This document shows positions 49,209-58,406 of a DNA stretch of 64,000 nt, in pieces. A model generated the notes under the pieces. That model was not told the DNA's origin. It saw only the letters and a program-made list of their open reading frames with translations, and made no database searches. The translations under genes were made by a program, and so were the position numbers. Source of the stretch: an uncultured Gemmatimonadales bacterium. GTDB lineage: Bacteria; Gemmatimonadota; Gemmatimonadetes; Longimicrobiales; Gaopeijiaceae. Location: positions 3,008,001-3,072,000 of the forward strand of contig CAWELD010000003.1 of the NCBI GenBank assembly GCA_963809895.1. The letters are read 5' to 3'. Numbering within the stretch: the stretch's first letter is position 1; the number at the start of each line of letters is the position of its first letter.

Positions 49209-49751
49209 TCAGTTCATGGACGGATCGAAGGGCATGCGGGACAACGCGCGGTACTCGGGACCCTTCCGCTCCAGGATTCGGTGCCAGAGGAGCTCGGGCG
49301 CATCGCTGAAGATGTCCTCCTCCCGCGCCTGTTCCAGGATCCAGGATCCCTCTTCCATCTCGGCCTCCAGCTGGCCGGGGCCCCAGCCGGCGTGTCCCAG
49401 GAACACGCGGGCGCGCCGGATGGCCGATTCCACGTCATCCGGGACCTCGCCCGTGAGGAATCCCACGGAACCGAACACGGGCACGTCGAGCAGCTCGGTG
49501 CGGGAGGTCTCGGCGAGCAGCACGACCTGCTGCGGCATCACCGGCCCTCCTTCGAAGAGAGGCTCTCCGGGGCCGACGAGCCCGCCGAGGCTCGGAACCA
49601 CGTCGTCCACGGTGGCGTCCAGCGGCCGGTTCAACACCACACCCACGGCGCCCTCCAGGCCGTGCTCCCCCACGAGCACCACGGTGTGGCGGAAGTTGGG
49701 ATCATACAGCCCACCGCTGGAGATGAGCAGCTGGCCCTGCAGGTTGTCCAC
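49209..49751 (-). CDS. YqgE/AlgH family protein (UPF0301)
   Basis: L.G.LLIS...L.DPNFRHTVVL..EH..EGAVGVVLNRP, GGPV, FLGHAGWGPGQLE.E...GSW, P.DPS.N. GTG start at 49751. Confidence 0.92.
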   Translation of the reverse strand: MDNLQGQLLISSGGLYDPNFRHTVVLVGEHGLEGAVGVVLNRPLDATVDDVVPSLGGLVGPGEPLFEGGPVMPQQVVLLAETSRTELLDVPVFGSVGFLTGEVPDDVESAIRRARVFLGHAGWGPGQLEAEMEEGSWILEQAREEDIFSDAPELLWHRILERKGPEYRALSRMPFDPSMN

Positions 49752-49986
49752 GATCCGTCCCCTCCGGTGACCCGGACAAGAGTGGCTCCCGTCTTCGAAT
49801 CGTAGGACATCGACGCTCCACGCAGCAAGGACGTGGAGCGGCGCGCCTCGGCGGTGGGACGCTCGGCCAGCCCGTGAGGAGCGCACGTCGCCATGGCCGT
49901 GGCCGCCACGCCTTGCATGCCCTCTGGTATCCCCCGCAGAATGGGGCCCACCTCTTCCCTGCCCTCCGCCACACCCGGAGGTGTGC

Positions 49987-51136
49987 ATGAAACCGTCTCC
50001 CAGCTCGCCTGGCGCTCTCTGTTTCGTGCGCCCTCGTCGCGCTGTGGCTCGGGACCTCGGGAGGCCTGCAAGGCCAGATCCCCGACGATCTCGATACCCT
50101 CTCCGACGCGGCGCTCTTCCAGGCCGCGTGCGCCAACTGCCACGGTCCCGACGGCCGGGGGCTCGACCGCGCGCTGCTCGGATTCGAGGAGCCCCTCCCG
50201 GATTTCACCGACTGCGACTTCGCATCGCGCGAGCCCAGCGCCGATTGGATCGCCATCGTGCACAACGGTGGCCCCACGCGCGCGTTCAGCCGCATGATGC
50301 CCGCGTTCGGCGACGCCCTCAGCGACGAGCAGATCGAGCGCGTGGTCGGCTACGTGCGCACGCTGTGCACCGACTCGGCCTGGCCGCGAGGCGAGCTCAA
50401 CCTCCCGCGTGCGCTCCTCACCGAGAAGGCGTTCCCGGAAGACGAGTGGGTGGTCGAGGGCGACGCGGCCCTGGAGGGAGACGGGTCGGTGGCCGGCGCC
50501 TTCGTGTACGAGCAGCGCTTCGGCCCGAGGAGCATGTTCGAGGTCGTGATCCCCTACGGCTGGGCCGAGCTGCCCGTGGAGGGGGCGCCGGCCGACGCGA
50601 CCGATTGGGTGAGTGGCTTCGGCGACCTGGTGCTGGGCCTCAAGCACACGCTCCATCACAGCTTCGAGGCCGGACGCATTCTCTCCGTCGGCGGAGAGGT
50701 GGCCCTGCCCACGGGCGACGAGACCAAGGGGCTGGGCGCCGAGGGATCCAAGGTCGAGGGCTTCCTGTCCTTCGGGCAGATCCTGCCGGGAGACGCCTTC
50801 ATCCAGGCCCAGGCCGGCGCCGAGATGCCGCTCTATGACGGCGGGGAGGACGAAGGCTTCGGCCGCATCGCGCTGGGCCGCACCTTCACCCAGGGAGCCG
50901 GCGCCGGACGCGCATGGACCCCCATGGTGGAGCTGCAGGGGAAAGGCGAGTTCGAGGGAGGAACGGTGGCCCTCGACGTGGTTCCCCAGCTCCAGATCTC
51001 GCTCAGCCGGCGGCAGCACGTGCTGTTCAACGTGGGCGCGCTGGTGCCCGCCACCGAGACCGAAGGCCGCTCCGTGCGGCTGATGGCGTATCTGCTGCTC
51101 GACTGGTTCGACGGCGGCTTCTTCGAGGGATGGTGA
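49987..51136 (+). CDS. Monoheme cytochrome c fused to a putative outer-membrane beta-barrel ('transporter'-like) domain; frameshift in ATGAAA just after the start
   Basis: GGAGG RBS and ATG at 49987. Removing one A joins the frame of ORF 50258-51136, which is open back to 49991 and reads signal peptide...LFQAACANCHGPDG...MMPAFG. Alternating beta-strand pattern follows (GFGDLVLGLKH) and the protein ends in W. Confidence 0.75.
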
Positions 51137-51139
51137 CCC

Positions 51140-52835
51140 ATGTACCATCGCATTGCCCTGGCCTCGGTGCTCCTGGGTGCGACCCTGGTCGCCACGGGAT
51201 CCCCCCGAACGCGCGTCGACGCGCCTCCGGCCCACCTGCACCTCGCGGCGCCTCTGTCGGCGTCGACGCAGGCGCGGGCCGCGACCCTCTCCGGCCCCGG
51301 CCGACGCGTTCCTCACTTCCGACCGGTGTCTCGCCTGCCACAAGGGGGTGCGCACCTCGACCGGTGAGGACGTCTCCATCGGCTACGCGTGGCGCGCCAC
51401 CATGATGGCCAACAGCGCCCGGGACCCCTACTGGCAGGCCGCGGTGCGTCGCGAGATCACCGACCATCCCGATCAGTCGGAGGACATCCAGAACGAGTGC
51501 AGCCGCTGCCACATGCCCATGGCCAGCGTGGTCGCCCGGGCCGAGCGTGGCAGGGGCGCGGTGTTCGCCAATCTCCCCGTGGGAGCCGGCAACTCGCCCG
51601 AGGCGTTGCTGGCGGCCGACGGGGTGTCCTGCGCCGCGTGCCATCAGATCCGACCCACGGGGCTCGGCACCGAAGAGAGCTTCGTGGGCGGATTCGACAT
51701 CCCCCTGGACATGCCCGCCGAGGGGCGGCCGCTGTTCGGACCCTTCGTGCCGGACACCGGCGGGGTGGGCATCATGCACTCGGCCACCGGCTTCCGCCCG
51801 ACCCAGGGCCCCCACATCCAGTCGGCCGAGCTGTGCGCCACCTGCCACACGCTGCTCACGCACTCCATCCTGGCGGACGGAAGCTCGGGTCCGCAGTTCC
51901 CGGAACAGGTGCCGTTTCTCGAGTGGCAGGCCAGCTCGTACTACGACGACGAGACGACCTGCCAGGACTGCCACATGCCCGAGGTCGAGGAGGACGTGCC
52001 GGTGACGGCGGTGCTGGGCCGCGCGCGCCCCAACGTCTCCCGGCACACCTTCCGGGGCGGGAACTTCTTCATCCTGCGCATGCTCAACCGCTACCGACGC
52101 GAGCTCGGCGTGGTGGCCTTGCCGCAGGAGCTGGCCCTCGCCGCCGAGGAGACCGAGAGCCATCTCCGCGAGGCCGTGGCCACGGTGACCGTGGAGCAGG
52201 CCCGCGTCGACACGGACCGTCTGGTCGCCGAGGTGAACGTGCTCAACCGCACCGGCCACAAGTTCCCGACGGCCTACCCGTCACGCAGGGCGTGGCTGCA
52301 CGTGACCGTAACCGACGCCCGGGGCCGCCAGCTGTTCGAGTCCGGCGCCTTCGCCACCGACGGACGCGTGGTGGGCAACGACAACGACACCGATCCGGGC
52401 AGGTTCGAGCCCCACCACACCGAGATCACCAGCCCCGATCAGGTCCAGATCTACGAGAGCATCATGGTGGACCGCGACGGCGCGCCCACGACCGGGCTCC
52501 TGACGGCCGACCACTTCGTGAAGGACAACCGCCTGCTGCCGCGGGGGTTCGACGCCGCCCGCGCCGACGAGCGCGTCCTCGTGCACGGAGGGGCCCGAGG
52601 GGACCCGGACTTCTCGCCCGAGGGTGATCGCGTGCGCTACTCGGTGGCCGTGAATCCCGGTGACGGTCCGTTCACCGTCGACGCGGAGCTGTGGTTCCAG
52701 CCCATCGGCTATCGCTGGGCCACGAACCTGGCGGACTACGACACCTTCGAGACCCGACGCTTCGTGCGCTACTTCCGCGAGATGGCCGGCGCATCGGCGA
52801 TCCTGGTGACCTCGGGCTCCGCCGTGGTGCGGTAG
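51140..52835 (+). CDS. Pentaheme cytochrome c, exported (frameshift near 51295-51298)
   Basis: Signal peptide in ORF 51140-51367. Five CxxCH motifs (CLACH, CSRCH, CAACH, CATCH, CQDCH) and N.TGHKFPT.YP.RR.WL in ORF 51153-52835. Removing one C from a C4 run fuses them. Confidence 0.85.
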
Positions 52836-52902
52836 GGCGTCACAGCGACCCCACGATCTTCACTGTTGCCCGGGCCGTCTCCAGGCCCAAGTTGGTCGCA
52901 GG

Positions 52903-55227
52903 ATGGGGATCATCGACCGCCTCGGAAGCGCGCTGTCGGACCGCTACCGCCTCGACCGGATGCTGGGCGAGGGCGGGATGGCGCTCGTGTACCTGGCCCA
53001 CGACCTCAAGCACGGTCGTCCGGTGGCCATCAAGGTACTGCGCCCGGAGGTCTCCACCACCGTCGGAGCAGAGCGCTTTCTCCGTGAGATCGAGGTGGTG
53101 GCGGGCCTGAACCACCCCAACATCCTCCCGCTGCACGACTCCGGAGACGCGGATGGCCTCCTCTATTTCGTCATGCCCTTCGTGGAAGGAGAGTCGCTAC
53201 GCGACCGGCTGAACAGGGAGGGGTCCATCGCGGTGGACGATGCGCTCCGCATCGCGAGCGAGGTCGGCGACGCCCTCCAGTACGCGCACGACCGAGGGCT
53301 GGTCCATCGCGACATCAAGCCCGAGAACATCCTCTTCCAGGCGGAGCACGCCCTGGTGTGCGACTTCGGGATCGCCCAGGCGACCCACCAGGCGGGCCAG
53401 ACCTTGACGCGGGCCGGTACGTCCGTGGGCACGCTGGCATACATGGCGCCGGAACAGTACACCGACGCCGGCGCTGCGGTGGACGGACGCTGCGACGTCT
53501 ACGCGCTCGGGTGCACGCTGTACGAGATGCTCACCGGGACGCAAGCGTTCCTCGGAAAGACGCCCCGGGCCGTGCTGGCCAGGAAGCTCACAGAAGCCGC
53601 CCCGGAGCTACCCCCGGCCCGGAAGGACATCCCGTCGACCCTGCAACGCGTCCTGGAGCGGTCCCTGTCGGTGGATCCCGAGGATCGGTTCTCCACGGCG
53701 CAAGCCTTCATCGAAGCCCTTCGGAGCGCCACGACCCGGGTCGCGATGGAGGCAGAGACGCGGCGGCGGTGGCGCCGTCGCATCCTGCGCCGGGTGGGCG
53801 CGACCGCCGCAATCGTGCTGCTGGTGCTCGCCGGCTGGCGACTCGGCGACATGCTCCGTGCGCCGGCCATGCAGCGCATCGCCGTCATGCCGCTGGTGAA
53901 TGCGGATCCGGCAAGCACGGCGGACTACTTCGTCGAGGGCGCCTACAACGACCTGGTCCTGGAGATGTCCAAGGCGATCCGGGTCATCAGCACGGGCTCC
54001 GCCGAGCGTGTCGCCGCCGAAGGCCTCCGACCCCGTGACGTAGCCGCCGCGCTGAATGTCGACGGTGTCATCACCGGGCGCGCCAGCCAGGGTCCGGGCC
54101 AGGTGGCCATCACCCTCCAACTGGCCGACGCACGGTCTGAAGAGATCGTGTGGAGCGAGCGCTTCGAGGCAGATCCCCGGGAGATCCTGAACCTCTACCG
54201 ACGCGCCACCCGCCTGGTGGCGGAGACGATGGGCGTGGAGCTCAGCCGCGACGAAATGGAGCGGCTCGGTGATTCCCAGGAGGTGGACCCTCGGGTCTAC
54301 GAGGCTCTCCTGCAGGCCCGCTTCCACTGGCAGAAGCTCACAGCCGAAGGGATCGACAACGCCGAAGACTACTTCCAACAAGCCCTCGCGCTCTCGGACT
54401 CGACGTCCGCCGCGGCCTGGACGGGCCTCTCCCGGATGTGGGGGATCCGGGCGCAGATGGGCCTCGTCGCCGGAGACGTCGCGCGCGAACGCGGTGCGGA
54501 GGCGTTGGCGCGCGCGCAGAAGATCGACCCAGGGATCCACACCGAAGAGGCGGCCGTCCAGGCCTGGCTCGCCTGGGACTGGGAGGCATCGGCCGAAGCC
54601 TACCGCGCTGCTGCCGAGTCCGATCCCAGCAACTCCGCGACGCGCGCCTACCTCGCCCACATCCTCCTCTACCTCGGACATGGAGACGAGGCCCGGACGG
54701 AGATGGAGCGAGCCGTCGCCGAAGACCCCTACAACCCGCTGGTCCTCGGACTCTATGGCCAGTTTCTGAACTTCGTGCGACGCTACGACGAGGCGGAGGA
54801 GGCGTTCCAACGCGCCCTCGAGCGAGCCCCGGACAACCCTCTCGCCCTCTCGAACTTCCGCGCCACGTATCACAACCAGGGACGCTTCGATGAAGCCATG
54901 CCGATCTGGCGCCAGTACTACGCGACGCGGGGGGATAGCGCCGCGGTGAGCGCGTTGGACGCGGGCTACGCTCGGGGCGGGTACACCAGCGCTTTGCGCG
55001 CGGTGGCGGAGACCTTCGCCGAGCGAGACGATCCGGCGCTCCGCTGGCAGATTGCCACGCTCTACACGCGCGCCGGAGACAGAGGGCCCGCCCTCCACTA
55101 TCTGGAGGAGGCGCTCCGCGTACACGACCCCAACCTCCCCTACATCACCATCGACCCCATCTTCGACTTCCTCCGGGACGAACCCCGATTCACGGTCCTG
55201 GTGGACAGCCTGCACCTGCCGGGCTGA
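52903..55227 (+). CDS. Ser/Thr protein kinase with TolB-N-like and TPR domains
   Basis: GEGGMALVY, HRDIKPEN, DFG, GTLAYMAPE, TM, IAVMPL.N, TPRs, C-terminal DP.FD.LR.EPRF. Confidence 0.93.
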   Translation: MGIIDRLGSALSDRYRLDRMLGEGGMALVYLAHDLKHGRPVAIKVLRPEVSTTVGAERFLREIEVVAGLNHPNILPLHDSGDADGLLYFVMPFVEGESLRDRLNREGSIAVDDALRIASEVGDALQYAHDRGLVHRDIKPENILFQAEHALVCDFGIAQATHQAGQTLTRAGTSVGTLAYMAPEQYTDAGAAVDGRCDVYALGCTLYEMLTGTQAFLGKTPRAVLARKLTEAAPELPPARKDIPSTLQRVLERSLSVDPEDRFSTAQAFIEALRSATTRVAMEAETRRRWRRRILRRVGATAAIVLLVLAGWRLGDMLRAPAMQRIAVMPLVNADPASTADYFVEGAYNDLVLEMSKAIRVISTGSAERVAAEGLRPRDVAAALNVDGVITGRASQGPGQVAITLQLADARSEEIVWSERFEADPREILNLYRRATRLVAETMGVELSRDEMERLGDSQEVDPRVYEALLQARFHWQKLTAEGIDNAEDYFQQALALSDSTSAAAWTGLSRMWGIRAQMGLVAGDVARERGAEALARAQKIDPGIHTEEAAVQAWLAWDWEASAEAYRAAAESDPSNSATRAYLAHILLYLGHGDEARTEMERAVAEDPYNPLVLGLYGQFLNFVRRYDEAEEAFQRALERAPDNPLALSNFRATYHNQGRFDEAMPIWRQYYATRGDSAAVSALDAGYARGGYTSALRAVAETFAERDDPALRWQIATLYTRAGDRGPALHYLEEALRVHDPNLPYITIDPIFDFLRDEPRFTVLVDSLHLPG

Positions 55228-55276
55228 GCGTCGACCCAGCCCTGCGACGGCTTCGCACGGCATCTCTTGCCAAAAC

Positions 55277-55310
55277 TAGTGACATATGACATATATGTTC
55301 TTCGTCACTA
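55277..55310. promoter_or_regulatory. Putative PadR operator
   Basis: AT-rich TAGTGAC-N20-GTCACTA inverted repeat with an inner ACATATATGT palindrome, directly before the GGAGG RBS of padR. A TTGCCA -35-like hexamer lies at 55267. Confidence 0.55.
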
Positions 55311-55323
55311 CTGGAGGCACATC

Positions 55324-55680
55324 ATGTCACGCAGCCGCGACCCCGAGGCGGTTCTGCCCCTGAAGCCGAAGCCGTTCCTCATCCTGCTGGTGCTGGAAGA
55401 GGAAGGGCCGCTCCACGGCTACGCCATCAACAAGGGCATGGGCGAGCGCTCGGGCGGCGCCGTCACCATGGATCCCGGGGGATTGTACCGGCTGATCGCC
55501 CGCCTGGAACGGGACGACCTGCTCCGCCGGACCGACCCGCCGTCGGACGAGACCGACGAGCGTCGCCAGTACGTGGACATCACCGACTGGGGCCGGCGCG
55601 TGTTGGCCGCCGAGGCTCGTCGCATCGCGCACCTGGCGGAGCTCCCGTCGGTCCGGCAGCTGGCACGCGAGGACGCGTGA
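55324..55680 (+). CDS. PadR family transcriptional regulator
   Basis: LPL....LILL.L..GPLHGYAI, PG.LY..I.RL, ERRQY..IT..GR.VL.AE. Confidence 0.9.
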   Translation: MSRSRDPEAVLPLKPKPFLILLVLEEEGPLHGYAINKGMGERSGGAVTMDPGGLYRLIARLERDDLLRRTDPPSDETDERRQYVDITDWGRRVLAAEARRIAHLAELPSVRQLAREDA

Positions 55681-58337
55681 AGCGGCGGGGCCACTGGCCG
55701 GAGCGCCTCTATGGCGCCGGTCTCCGCATCCTCCCTCGCCGCTTTCGTGAGGCCTACGGCGAGGGGATGCAGGCCATGTTCCGGGACGAATGGCTCTCCC
55801 GGGGGCGCCTGGGCCGGGCCCGGCTCGCGGTGCGCTCCGTGGTGGATCTGACCTGGACCGCGCTCCGGGTGCGCGTCGGCACCGGGCGTGAACACGGGAT
55901 TTCCGAGGAGGGGATGATGACGACGGGGTGGATCGGCCTGCGACTGGATGTGCGGACGTCGCTGCGGGCGCTGCGGCGCTCCCCTCTCTTCACGGTCACG
56001 GCGACGTTGTCGCTGGCCCTGGGATTCGGCGGTGTCGCCACGGTGTACTCGCTGGCGGATCACATGCTGCTGGACCCCATCGAGGGCGTGCGCGCGCCCG
56101 ACGAGCTCGTGGAGCTCACGCCCTCCGGGCTCCCCTACCCCGTGATCCAGGATTTCCAGCAGGGTGTCCGCGGCCTGACCGGCGTGGCAGCGCACCGCAT
56201 GCGAACTGTCGCCCTTGAGCTGGGCTCCGGCGCGGACGCGAGGCCGGTCCAGGCAGGGGTCGTGTCCGGCAACTACTTCGACCTGCTGGGAGTGGCTCCC
56301 GCTCGTGGTCGCCTGTTGACGCCGACCGACACGGTCCAGGGTGCGTCTCCCGTCGCGGTCCTCTCCCACGCGGTCTGGACCGAACTGGGCGAGCGCGACG
56401 ACATCGTCGGGTCGGACGTCCGCATCAACGGCGCGAGCTTCCGGGTCGTGGGCGTGGCTCCGGCACGGTTCGTGGGATTGCGGCTGTGGGCGCATCCCGC
56501 GGTCTGGATTCCTGTGGAGAGCTGGCCCCTGGCATCACTGGGACGCACGCCCGACGTGCATAGCCGGGGGTGGGGCTGGATCGCCGCGGTGGGCCGCCTC
56601 GCACCGGGTGCGTCGCTGGCTTCGGCCACGCAAGAGGCCCGGGTCACCGCCCAGCGGATCGCCACCGAGCACCCCGAGAATGCCGGCGACCTTGACGATC
56701 TGGGCGTCAGCCCCGCACGTCTGCGGGTGGCCGACCAGGCCGGTGGGGTGTTGCAGCCGCTGCTCCTGGCCCTGGCCGGCATGGCTCTGCTGGCCCTTCT
56801 CGCCGCGGCGGCGAACGTGGCGAACCTCCTCCTCGCACGTGCGACGAGGCGGACCCGGGAGCTGGCGGTGCGCGCCGCCCTGGGGGCCGGGCGAGCGCGC
56901 CTGGCCCGCCTCGCCTTCGTGGAATGTGCGCTGCTGGTGGTCGGGGGCGGCCTGCTGGGCGCCGGCCTCTCGTTCCTGGCGCTCCGGGGCCTGGGCGCGG
57001 TCACGCTCCCGGGCGGGATCCGCATCGGGGCCGGCTTGAGCCCGGATCCGCGGTTCATGGCGCTGGCCGGCACGCTCCTGCTCGCCGTGGTGGTGGTGGC
57101 CGGCCTGGCGCCGGTGCTGGCGGCCTCTCGTGCGTCCGCGCGGATGGCTGGCTCCGACCGATCCGGTGGGGCGGGCCCCCGAAGCGTACGGCTCCGGGCG
57201 GGCCTGGCCGCAATCCAGGTGTCCGCCGGCGTCGTGCTGTTGGCGGGCACCCTGCTCTTCGGCCAGAGCATCCTGAAAGCACTCCGCGTGGACCTGGGCT
57301 TCGACGCGCAGCGCATGGCGGTGGTCCGGATCGATGCCTCGCTGTTCCGCGACGATCTCGGCTCCGCGGGGTCCGCGTTGTCTCGTCTGCTGGACGACAT
57401 CCGCCGGCAGCCAGGCATCGACGCCGCGTCGTGGTCCACCGTGGCCCCGCTGACCCGCGACTGGGAGCAGGAGAGCTTCGACATCGTCGGCCGCGCGTGG
57501 CCCGACCGGAAACCCACGGTGGAGGTGAACGCCGTGGGAGGCGACTTCTTCGCCGCGTCGGGGATTCCGCTGGTCGCCGGAGATCCCGCGGCCGTGCGGT
57601 CCCCGGTGCGTACCCCGTCCGTGGTGGTGACCGAAGCGATGGCTCGACGCTACTGGCCCGGCGAGAGCCCGGTGGGATCCCACGTCGTCATCATGGGGAT
57701 GGAGCTTCAGGTGGTGGCGGTGGCGGCGGACACCCGCTTCCACGGATTCGATGCCGATCCCACGCCCACGGCCTTCGGCCTCCTCCCGGTCCTGCCCTCC
57801 TCGTCCATCAGCATCGTGGCGCGGGGCCCCGGGGCCGAATCGCTTCTCGGTTCGGTGCGCGGGCTGGCGCGGGCGGTGGATACACGGCTGGTCGTGGCGG
57901 ATCAGGCCACGGGCGACACCATGGTGGGACTCCTGCTGGCTCCTCAGCGCGTGGGCGGCGCGGTGGCGCTCCTGTTCGCGCTGCTGGCCATCGCCCTGTC
58001 GCTCACCGGCGTCTACGGGGTCGTGGCCTACGGTGTGACCGCGCGTCTGCGCGAGTTCGGCGTCCGGCTCACCTTGGGTGCCGGACCGGGGCGCGTGACC
58101 GGCGAGGTGCTGCGCCGCAACCTGGGCGTGATGGTGGGGGGCGTGCTCCTGGGCGTGGCCGTGTCGCTGATCCTCACCCGCCTCGGCGCGGCGTACCTCT
58201 TCGGCGTGGCCACTTCCGACGCGCTCCCGGCGCTGGTGGCCGGACTCGGCGTCCTCGTCATGGCGACGGTCGCCATGTGGATGCCCGCACGCCGTGCCGG
58301 CCAGGTCGATCCCGCCACGGTGCTGGCGGCGGAATAG
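55677..58337 (+). CDS. ADOP-type duplicated orphan ABC permease (MacB_PCD/FtsX x2)
   Basis: P..FR..YG..M N-terminus, LSLALG.G, VSGNYF.LLG, ANVANLLLARA..R.RELAVR.ALGA.R, GVYGVVAY.V..R.RE.GVR..LGA, PARRA..VDP...L.AE. Confidence 0.93.
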   Translation: MKRRGHWPERLYGAGLRILPRRFREAYGEGMQAMFRDEWLSRGRLGRARLAVRSVVDLTWTALRVRVGTGREHGISEEGMMTTGWIGLRLDVRTSLRALRRSPLFTVTATLSLALGFGGVATVYSLADHMLLDPIEGVRAPDELVELTPSGLPYPVIQDFQQGVRGLTGVAAHRMRTVALELGSGADARPVQAGVVSGNYFDLLGVAPARGRLLTPTDTVQGASPVAVLSHAVWTELGERDDIVGSDVRINGASFRVVGVAPARFVGLRLWAHPAVWIPVESWPLASLGRTPDVHSRGWGWIAAVGRLAPGASLASATQEARVTAQRIATEHPENAGDLDDLGVSPARLRVADQAGGVLQPLLLALAGMALLALLAAAANVANLLLARATRRTRELAVRAALGAGRARLARLAFVECALLVVGGGLLGAGLSFLALRGLGAVTLPGGIRIGAGLSPDPRFMALAGTLLLAVVVVAGLAPVLAASRASARMAGSDRSGGAGPRSVRLRAGLAAIQVSAGVVLLAGTLLFGQSILKALRVDLGFDAQRMAVVRIDASLFRDDLGSAGSALSRLLDDIRRQPGIDAASWSTVAPLTRDWEQESFDIVGRAWPDRKPTVEVNAVGGDFFAASGIPLVAGDPAAVRSPVRTPSVVVTEAMARRYWPGESPVGSHVVIMGMELQVVAVAADTRFHGFDADPTPTAFGLLPVLPSSSISIVARGPGAESLLGSVRGLARAVDTRLVVADQATGDTMVGLLLAPQRVGGAVALLFALLAIALSLTGVYGVVAYGVTARLREFGVRLTLGAGPGRVTGEVLRRNLGVMVGGVLLGVAVSLILTRLGAAYLFGVATSDALPALVAGLGVLVMATVAMWMPARRAGQVDPATVLAAE

Positions 58338-58406
58338 CGGCCTCCACCGCACGGTCGCCACGGCCGGGCACTGCCCGCCGCGGATCTGCCGGCCACGCCT
58401 CGCCGA

